Positions 27,782 through 36,565 of a DNA stretch of 64,000 nt are shown piece after piece. The first letter of the stretch is position 1; each line of letters begins with the position of its first letter. The stretch comes from Vicugna vicugna (taxonomy: Eukaryota), in contig MU058198.1 in NCBI GenBank assembly GCA_013265495.1, forward strand, positions 1,376,419 through 1,440,418, read 5' to 3'. The notes beneath the pieces are model-generated. The model saw only the letters and a list, made by a program, of their open reading frames with translations, was not told where the DNA came from and searched no databases. A program made the position numbers and the translations under genes.

Positions 27782-28343
27782 TGGGGGAGCCACTCATGAC
27801 CTGAGGACTGTCGAGCACAGAACGGGACAGAAAATCCCAAAGTGCTGGCGTCAGGCTCTGAGATTGATCTAGCAAAGACAATCTCTGTCCCGCCACCCCT
27901 TTGAAGAAGAATGCACCAGGTGTCCTAAAGCTCTAGGAACATCCAGAGCTATTAAGTCACGGATGACCTTAGAACAGAGAGATACAATCAGCATACAAGT
28001 TAGTTATCTCAGTTTACTTGAATAATTATCTTAGCTAGTGATCTTGATATGCGGGAACATTGACTTTAGTGTATGAGTACTATAAACAATGTTAATCTAT
28101 AGAACAATATACGAGATAATGAGCCCTAAAACAATACCTATGCCTACGTGCAGGAATGCACAAGATAGCTAGTTGAAATTGTATAAATTAACTGCTGAAA
28201 ATAAACTCAATGTCCATTCTTGGCTTAGCGTCTTGCGGGCTTAGAGTGAGACACTCTCAACCCCATCTTTTAGTCTTGTTTTTCTTTTCTCAGTCCTGCA
28301 GCACAGGTTTCTGGACCTGATCGATTGTCGGCTGGCTCCGACA
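27782..28343 (+). repeat. 5' LTR of provirus (562 bp)
   Basis: TG...CA; TATAAA 28182-28187; AATAAA 28200-28205; direct repeat of 34731-35293. Confidence 0.95.
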
Positions 28344-28345
28344 AG

Positions 28346-28363
28346 TGGCGCCCGAACAGGGAC
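28346..28363 (+). promoter_or_regulatory. Primer-binding site complementary to tRNA-Lys3
   Basis: TGGCGCCCGAACAGGGAC, 18/18 match to the Lys3 PBS used by MMTV and lentiviruses, 2 nt after the LTR CA. Confidence 0.95.
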
Positions 28364-28435
28364 CTGAAATCTGGAGGAGATTGCTGCAGCGACCGCCGCG
28401 GAAGAAACGAGGAGCGCTCGATTTTAAAGTAAAAG

Positions 28436-29156
28436 NNNNNNNNNNNNNNNNNNNNNNNNNNNNNNNNNNNNNNNNNNNNNNNNNNNNNNNNNNNNNNNNN
28501 NNNNNNNNNNNNNNNNNNNNNNNNNNNNNNNNNNNNNNNNNNNNNNNNNNNNNNNNNNNNNNNNNNNNNNNNNNNNNNNNNNNNNNNNNNNNNNNNNNNN
28601 NNNNNNNNNNNNNNNNNNNNNNNNNNNNNNNNNNNNNNNNNNNNNNNNNNNNNNNNNNNNNNNNNNNNNNNNNNNNNNNNNNNNNNNNNNNNNNNNNNNN
28701 NNNNNNNNNNNNNNNNNNNNNNNNNNNNNNNNNNNNNNNNNNNNNNNNNNNNNNNNNNNNNNNNNNNNNNNNNNNNNNNNNNNNNNNNNNNNNNNNNNNN
28801 NNNNNNNNNNNNNNNNNNNNNNNNNNNNNNNNNNNNNNNNNNNNNNNNNNNNNNNNNNNNNNNNNNNNNNNNNNNNNNNNNNNNNNNNNNNNNNNNNNNN
28901 NNNNNNNNNNNNNNNNNNNNNNNNNNNNNNNNNNNNNNNNNNNNNNNNNNNNNNNNNNNNNNNNNNNNNNNNNNNNNNNNNNNNNNNNNNNNNNNNNNNN
29001 NNNNNNNNNNNNNNNNNNNNNNNNNNNNNNNNNNNNNNNNNNNNNNNNNNNNNNNNNNNNNNNNNNNNNNNNNNNNNNNNNNNNNNNNNNNNNNNNNNNN
29101 NNNNNNNNNNNNNNNNNNNNNNNNNNNNNNNNNNNNNNNNNNNNNNNNNNNNNNNN
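28436..29156. other. Assembly gap (721 N) covering the proviral leader and 5' gag
   Basis: Run of N. Confidence 1.
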
Positions 29157-29158
29157 CC

Positions 29159-30307
29159 ATTCCTTTTAAACAACTAAAAGAATTAAAAATGGCCTGCGCT
29201 CAGTATGGACCTACTGCTCCTTTTACTCAGGCCATTATTGAGAGTTTAGGAAATCAGTATCTGCCCCCAAATGATTGGAAACAAGTAGCTCGTGCCTGCT
29301 TATCCGGAGGCAACTTTTTACTCTGGAAATCAGAGTTCTATGAAAACTGCGCTGCTATAGCCAATATTAATCAGCAACAGAATATTCAAATCACCTACGA
29401 ACAATTGACTGGGGAAGGTCAATACCAGGATACTAACTCTCAGTTAGGATATTTGCCCGGAGCCTATCCTCAAATAAATGCAGCAGCATCAAAAGCATGG
29501 AAAAGGCTGCCAAATTCCGAATGCAAAACAGAAGATTTATCAAAAATTCGACAGGGTCCTGACGAGCCATACCAAGATTTTGTTGCTCGTCTTATGGAAA
29601 CTATTGGTAAGGTTATAGGGGATGAACAGGCAGGAATGGTCTTAGCAAAACAACTAGCTTATGAAAATGCTAATTCTGCTTGCCAGGCAGCCCTTAGACC
29701 TTACAGAAAAAAGAGTCATTTAGCTGATTTTATACGAATTTGTGCTGACATAGGGCCATCTTATGTCCAAGGAATAGCCCTAGCTGCTGCCTTGCAAGGG
29801 AAAACTGTAAAGGAAGTCTTGTTTCAACAAAACCGTCCCAAACGTAATTTTCAGGGAACTTCCAGAGTTGCTGGACCCCCTGGCAGTTGTTATGCTTGTG
29901 GCCAATTGGGGCATCGAGCAAATCAATGCCCTAAAAGGGGACAACAGCCAACGGGCCAAGATACATTAGTCACAAGCCCAGGTTTATGTCCCAAATGTAA
30001 AAAAGGAAAACATTGGGCCAAAGACTGCCGATCTAAAACTGATATAAACGGGCAACTTCTGAACCAGGGAAACTGGGTGAGGGGCCAGCCCCAGGCCCCG
30101 AAACAATGTTATGGGGCAATTCAGGCAACCTCCCAGATCAGTCACAATCCGTTTCTTCCCGGACAAATATTTCAGACCTCTACAGAGCAACCCCAGGAAG
30201 CGCAGGATTGGACCTCTGTGCCTCCACCTACACAGTATGAACTCCTGAGATGGGAATGCAGGCCCTTCCTACTGAAATTTATGGGCCCTTACCTCCCGAC
30301 AGTGTAG
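29159..30307 (+). CDS. gag: ERV gag, 3' part (CA C-terminal half + NC); open across the visible sequence
   Basis: [42 protein letters not shown], two CCHC knuckles ([28 protein letters not shown]) and the MPMV-like end [10 protein letters not shown], which reads through to 30307. Confidence 0.9.
   Translation: MPFKQLKELKMACAQYGPTAPFTQAIIESLGNQYLPPNDWKQVARACLSGGNFLLWKSEFYENCAAIANINQQQNIQITYEQLTGEGQYQDTNSQLGYLPGAYPQINAAASKAWKRLPNSECKTEDLSKIRQGPDEPYQDFVARLMETIGKVIGDEQAGMVLAKQLAYENANSACQAALRPYRKKSHLADFIRICADIGPSYVQGIALAAALQGKTVKEVLFQQNRPKRNFQGTSRVAGPPGSCYACGQLGHRANQCPKRGQQPTGQDTLVTSPGLCPKCKKGKHWAKDCRSKTDINGQLLNQGNWVRGQPQAPKQCYGAIQATSQISHNPFLPGQIFQTSTEQPQEAQDWTSVPPPTQYELLRWECRPFLLKFMGPYLPTV
30067..30117 (+). 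promoter_or_regulatory. gag-pro -1 ribosomal frameshift signal: G GGA AAC + H-type pseudoknot
   Basis: Slippery heptamer 30067-30073, 7-nt spacer, stem1 GGGGCC(30081-86)/GGCCCC(30094-99), stem2 GCCCCA(30088-93)/TGGGGC(30112-17). Confidence 0.9.
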
Positions 30308-31002
30308 GATTATTGCTAGGACGCAGTAGCACGCCTATGAAAGGATTGTTAATTGCTCCGGGAGTAATTGATTCTGATTTCGAAGGAGAGAGAAAAATAA
30401 TGGCTCACTCTCCACAGACCATAACAGCCATTCCTGCAAGGCAACGTATTGCTCAATTAATTCTTTTACCCACTCTTACTATGGGAAAAACCAAAACTGA
30501 ACGTAAAAGAGGCACTGCAGGTTTTGGCTCCTCTGATGCTTATTGGGTACAACAAATAGGCAACCAGAGGCCTGAATTGACTTTAGAAATTCAGGGAAAG
30601 AAAGCTAAAGGAATTTTAGATACGGGAGCAGATATCTCTGTGATTGCCGCTCCTTACTGGCCTGAAAACTGGCCAAAGCAAGTTGCTCTTTCTATGCTGC
30701 AAGGTATTGGGCAATCGCACAATCCAGAACAAAGCTCCGCTTTTCTTTCTTGGAAGGACACGGAGGGACACTCTGGAATTTTTCAGCCTTATATCCTCCC
30801 TGGCTTACCTGTTAACTTGTGGGGAAGAGACATTATGTCTAATATGGGGGTATTTTTGTATAGCCCTAACCCCACTGTTTCTCATCAGTTATTATCACAA
30901 GGACTATATCCAAATGAAGGTCTGGGGAAACATAATCAAGGAATTACTCAGCCATTACAAATTAAAGGAAAAAGAGATAGGACAGGTTTAGGGTATTTTT
31001 AA
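30070..31002 (+). pseudogene. pro: ERV pro: dUTPase - aspartic protease - G-patch, with in-frame stop at 30238-30240
   Basis: dUTPase motifs GSAGLDL, GRSS, GVIDSDFEGE, RIAQL, RGTAGFGSS; protease LDTGAD and LWGRD; G-patch QGLYPNEGLGKHNQG. Confidence 0.9.
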
Positions 31003-33671
31003 TGCGGGCCCTTGACTGTCCTGCGACTCATGCAGACCCTATTGTATGGAAATCTGATCAACCTGTATGGGTCGATCAATGGCCCCTTTCTCAAGAAAAA
31101 ATTGCCGCTGGAAAGCAATTGGTGCAGGAACAATTGGACAGCGGGCACATTGCTCCTTCTAATTCACCATGGAATTCACCCATATTTATTATTAAGAAAA
31201 AGTCTGGGAAATGGAGATTGTTACAAGATTTACGTAAAGTAAATGAAACTTTAGAATTGATGGGTGCTCTACAGCCTGGCTTGCCTACTCCTATGGCCAT
31301 ACCCGATGGAACATATAAAATTATTATTGATTTAAAAGACTGTTTTTATACTATTCCCTTATATCCTGATGATTGTAAAAGATTTGCATTCAGTGTTCCT
31401 TCCACAAATTTTAAAGAGCCTATGCAACGATATCATTGGCTGGTTTTACCTCAAGGTATGGCTAATAGCCCCACCTTATGTCAAAAATTTGTGGCTAAAG
31501 CCTTACAACCTATTCGTTTGAAGTATCCAGATGTTTATCTAATCCACTATATGGATGATATTTTGATTGCACATTCTCAAGAAGGCTACTTGTTAACTGT
31601 ATTTGATCAAATGTTAATAGCCTTAAATTCTTCCGACCTTCAAATTGCGAAAGAAAAGGTTCAGAGATTTTTGTCCATATGCTTATTTGGCTTATTTCGA
31701 CTACATAATTTTACCTTTCAAACCCAAAAGATTCAGTTACGTACTGATTCTTTATTAACTTTAAATGATTTTCAAAAATTTCTTGGCGATATCAATTGGA
31801 TACGCCCTTATTTAAAGCTTTCTACAGGAACTTTAAAGCCTTTATTTGACATTCTTAAAGGAGATGCCAATCCTCGCTCTCCTAGAAAATTAACTGCTGA
31901 AGCTTCTCTGGCTTTACGTGATGTAGAGCAGGCCATTGAAAACCAGCAATGTACTTACTGTGATTATACTCAAGAATGGAGTTTACTTATTTTACCCACT
32001 CCTCATATGCCAACCGGAGTGCTTTATCAGCATAGTCCTATGTATTGGATACATATGCATGTTTCCCCTTCAAAAGCTTTAGCTGCTTATCCTAATTTAG
32101 TCTGTTCTTTAATTGCAGAGGGACGTACTGCCTCCACTTTATATTTAGGCAGAGACCCACATTATATTACAGTTCCATATACTAGAGAGCAACAAGCTCA
32201 GTTACAACAATTTAATGATTCTTGGGCTCTTGCTCTGACTCACTTTACAGGACGCATTACTACCCATTATCCTGCTGATAAGTTAATTCAATTTGCGAAG
32301 TTACATCCATTTCTTTTTCCAAAAAATACTGTTCTTTCCCCCTCTTTCCTCAGCCACTACAGTGTTCACCGATGGGTCATCAAATGGTATTGCTGCTTAC
32401 ATTATAAATGATGAGACTATATCTTGGCAAACTTCTCAAACTTCTGCTCAAGTTGTAGAATTATTAGCAGTTCAAGCTGCTTTAATAGCAGTTCAACATG
32501 TGCCCTGTAATCTTTTTTCTGACAGTCAATATATCGTTCGAGCCTTGCAAATTTTGGAAACTGTTCCCTTTATTGGCACTGTTAATTCCTATGTCAACCG
32601 CTTATTTTTTGACGTGCAACTTATTATTCGCAGTCGCCGTCATCCTTGCTATTTTGGTCATCTCCGAGCACACACTAATTTACCTGGCCCTCTTTCTGAA
32701 GGTAATGCTAATGTTGATCGCGCCACTCAGCTTTATCCTGCCCTTGAAGAAGCTAAACAATGTCTTGCGCTTCATCATCAAAATAGTCATAGCTTGCGGC
32801 TGCAATTTAAAATCCCTCGTGAAGCTGTTCTCAAATTGTAAAAACCTGCCCTACCTGCCCTACGACATTTTCTGTGCCTCATTATGGGGTTAATCCCAGT
32901 GGGCTTTTACCTTATCACCTTTGGCAAATGGATGTTACTCATATCAAAGAATTTCGTAACACTCCTTTTGTCCATGTCAGCATTGACACTTGCTCAGGGT
33001 TTATTCATGCTACTTTACAAACTGGAGAAGCTAGTAAACATTGTATTAATCATCTTTTAAAGTGTTTTGCTGTCATGAGTAAACCTCGCGTACTTAAAAC
33101 TGATAATGGCCCCGGCTACACTAGCCGGATGTTTCAACGCTTTTGCCAGACACTTAAAATTGAACATAAAACTGGAATTGCCTATAATCCTCAAGGGCAA
33201 GGAATTCTGGAACGTTGTCATCAAACTCTTAAACATCAGATTCATAAAGTAAAGAAGGGGGAATTATATCCCCTTACTCCACAAAACTATTTACATCATG
33301 CCCTTTTTGTTTTAAATTTTTTGACGTATGATATTAAAGGCAATTCAGCTGCTCAACGCTTTTGGAACCAAAAACCCTCTCACCACCCTTTGGTGAGATG
33401 GAAGGATCCACTTACTAATCAATGGGCCGGCGCTGATCCAGTTTTAATGTGGGGGAGAGGCCATGTTTGTGTTTTTCCACAGGATGCCTACACGCCGCGC
33501 TGGCTCCCGGAAAGGCTGGTACGCCAGGCGGAGGAGAGCGGTGATAAAACACCTTCAACAACTGCAGATCCAAAAGAAAACACCCCTGCCGACGATTCAG
33601 CAAATGGAACAACTGATTCAACAAGCGAATCAGATAAGCGAGAACAACTGAAAATCCACAAATGTCATTAA
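31002..33671 (+). pseudogene. pol: ERV pol (RT-RNaseH-IN), frameshifted
   Basis: VWVDQWPL, SPWNSPIFIIKKKSGKWRLLQDLR, IIDLKDCFY, LPQGMANSP, YMDD, TVFTDGSSNG, CPTC, WQMDVTH/KTDNG/GILER. Frame changes near 32340 and 32830, plus a compensated shift at ~31668-31697. Confidence 0.92.
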
Positions 33672-34677
33672 TGTTTCTGGTCATTAGTTTGGCATGTACC
33701 ATTGCTCTTATGCCCTTTCCTGGTGCCCAAGCAAATGTATTTTTGTCATGGGCTCAATCTTATGCTGAATTCCATAATACATCTGATTGTTGGGTTTGCA
33801 GTGCTATGCCGTTGTCTGTTGGCAGCTTGCCTTGGTGGGGTATGCCTGTTACTAAACATGAATTTCATGCTATATGTGAGTTACTGTTACAACAAAAACA
33901 ATGATATTTGTATTCTCAAAATGTGTCTGCACTTGCCTGGTGTTCTGTAAAAGTTATGCATTCTGAATTTTTCTTTGACCTTAATGCTACATTTGAGGAA
34001 GCCATGGACATTTATGAAAAAGCCCCACAACAGGCTAAACAACGAGATGCAGATGTTTCTGGACGTCTTATTGGACAATATTATCAAATATGGGATGATG
34101 TACTTTGGGTTTTGTTATAGCACCAGGAAGGATTGTAAAATCAGTACAAGGTGTCTGTCCCTGCCAATATGCCTAATTTGCACGCTCGTTGGAGCAGAGC
34201 TGCTTTTAAATGGTATGATTATCTTGCTGCTATTTTTCTTCCTTCATTAGGAAATGTTGATGTTATGACTAAAGTAAATGCACTGACAAATTTTACACAA
34301 AAGGCATTGACCGATGTAAAACATGCAGTGGAAGAGTTAAATGCAGAACAAAAGCTTATGAGAAAAGCAGTTTTACAAAATAGAATGGCTCTCGATATAA
34401 TTACTGCAGCACAAGGAGGAACCTGTGCTATTATTAAGGTAGAATGTTGTGTGTTTATACCAGATGTATCTGGCAATGTGTCCCAAGCAGTAGAAGATAC
34501 ATGCAAGAACAGATAAGAAATATGGATTCCCCTACTCCATTCTTACCAGCACAATGGTTTGATTGGTTTAAAAGTGATTGGTGGAAACATGCTTTAATAT
34601 GGCTCCTACTCTCTTGTTTATCAGAATTTCTGACGCAACGTATGCTTGCTTTTAGCCGCATTCATCGGCAAAATTAG
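33484..34677 (+). pseudogene. env: ERV env remnant: beta-type Arg-rich leader fused to gamma-type SU/TM; stops, frameshifts and internal deletion
   Basis: Splice acceptor TTTGTGTTTTTCCACAG|G immediately before ATG 33484; MPTRRAGSRKGWYARRRR...; hydrophobic signal core; NTSDCWVC; furin-like [26 protein letters not shown]6CC; Trp-rich membrane-proximal region. Confidence 0.88.
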
Positions 34678-34713
34678 TAGGATGTCCTGAGCTTGGACAA
34701 GCCTGGCAATTTT

Positions 34714-34730
34714 AAAATAAAAAAGGGAGT
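34714..34730 (+). promoter_or_regulatory. Polypurine tract
   Basis: AAAATAAAAAAGGGAG(T) immediately before the 3' LTR. Confidence 0.85.
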
Positions 34731-35293
34731 TGCGGGGAGCCACTCATGACCTGAGGACTGTCGAGCACAGAATGGGACGGAAAATCCCAAAGTGCTGGCG
34801 TCAGGCTCTGAGATTGATCTAGCAAAGACAATCTCTGTCCCGCCACCCCTTTGAAGAAGAATGCACCAGGTGTCCTAAAGCTCTAGGAACATCCAGAGCT
34901 ATTAAGTCACGGATGACCTTAGAACAGAGAGATACAATCAGCATACAAGTTAGTTATCTCAGTTTACTTGAATAATTATCTTAGCTAGTGATCTTGATAT
35001 GCGGGAACATTGACTTTAGTGTATGAGTACTATAAACAGTGTTAATCTATAGAACAATATACGAGATAATGAGCCCTAAAACAATACCTATGCCTACGTG
35101 CAGGAATGCACAAGATAGCTAGTTGAAATTGTATAAATTAACTGCTGAAAATAAACTCAATGTCCATTCTTGGCTTAGCGTCTTGCGGGCTTAGAGTGAG
35201 ACCCTCTCAACCCCATCTTTTAGTCTTGTCTTTCTTTTCTCAGTCCTGCAGCACAGGTTTCTGGACCTGATCGATTGTCGGCTGGCTCCGACA
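34731..35293 (+). repeat. 3' LTR of provirus (563 bp)
   Basis: Differs from the 5' LTR by 5 substitutions and 1 indel (manual comparison). Confidence 0.95.
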
Positions 35294-36565
35294 GAAGATA
35301 CAATGAAATGGAAAGATATATCATGTTTATAGAGTATAAGAATAACATTGTTAAAGTGTCCATATTACCCAAAGCAATCTACAGATTCAGTGCAATCCCT
35401 ATTAACATGCCAATGGCATAATTCACAGAACTGGATTAAAGAATCCTAAAACTTGCATGGAACCACAAAAGAATAATAACCAAAACAACCTTGAGAAAGA
35501 AGAACAAGGGTCAAGGTATCACACCCCCTAATCAAACTGTACCAGGAAGCTATAGCAATAAAAACAGCATGGTGCTGGCACAAAACAGACACACAGATCA
35601 ATGGAACTGAACGGAAAGCCCGGAAGTATACCTACACATATATGGACAATTAATTTATAACCGAAAGGTGAAGAATATTTCATGGAGAAAGGGCAGTCTC
35701 TTTAACCAGTGGTTCTGGGAAAACTGGACGGCCAAGTTTAAAGAATGAAATTAGACCACAATCATACATTATATACAAATATTGACTTAAAAAAGGATTA
35801 AAGACCTGAATGTAAGGCTGGAAATTATAGAATTTCCGTACGAAAACATAGGCAATAACCTCTTTGACATGGGTCTCAGTGATTTTTTTGTGGCTCTGAC
35901 TCCAAATCAAGGGAAACAAAAGCAAAAATAAATAAGTGGGACTCCATCAAACTAAAAAGCTTCTGCACAGTGAAGGAATTCATTATCAAAACAAAAAGGC
36001 AACCTACTAAATGGGAGAGGTTATTTGCAAATCATATATCTGACAATGGCTAATATCCAAAATATATAAAGAATTCATACAACTCAACAACAACAGCAAA
36101 AACAAACAACTGGGTTAAAATGGGGACAGAATCTGAACATTTTTCCAAAGAAGACACACAGTGGCCAACAGCCACAGGAAAAGATGCTCAATGTCGCTAA
36201 TTATTAGAGAAATGAAAACCAAAACCACAATGAGATATCACCTCATACCTATTAGAATGGCTATTATCAAAAAGACAAGGAATAACAAATGTTGAAGAGG
36301 ATGAGGAGAAAAGGGAACCCTCATACACTGTCAGTGGGAATGCAGATTTATGCAGCCACTATGGAAAACAGCATGGAGATTCCTTAAAAAAGTTAAGAAT
36401 AAAACTACCGTATGACCCAGCCATTCCACTTCTGGGTATTTATCTGAAGAACATAAAAACACTAATTTGAAAAGATATATGCAACCCTGTGTTCATTACA
36501 GCATTGCTTACATAGACAAGATATGGAAATGCCCATCCTATCAACAGATTAATGGATAAAGAAGA
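35294..36565 (+). mobile_element. LINE-1 ORF2/3' fragment (continuation of the element split by the provirus)
   Basis: 'aatggaaagatatatcatgtt...ccatattacccaaagcaatctacagattcagtgcaatccctatt...actccatcaaactaaaaagcttctgcacag'. Confidence 0.9.

Larger units (their letters stand above)
27782..35293 (+). mobile_element. Endogenous betaretrovirus-like provirus (LTR-gag-dut/pro-pol-env-LTR), ~7.5 kb, defective
   Basis: Paired ~99% identical LTRs, PBS-Lys3, PPT, beta-type Gag/dUTPase/PR/G-patch/RT/RH/IN, env remnant, TSD GAAGAC/GAAGAT. Confidence 0.97.

Noticed and set aside
28346..28369. HIV-like PBS context suggesting an endogenous lentivirus
   Set aside because: Separate pro frame with N-terminal dUTPase and G-patch, and beta-type RT/IN, exclude a lentivirus.
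28270..29173. Three long ORFs (249-296 aa) in the ORF track
   Set aside because: They consist almost entirely of X from the N gap.
33484..34677. Env as a domesticated syncytin-like gene
   Set aside because: Multiple stops, frameshifts and a deletion; no intact ORF at this locus.
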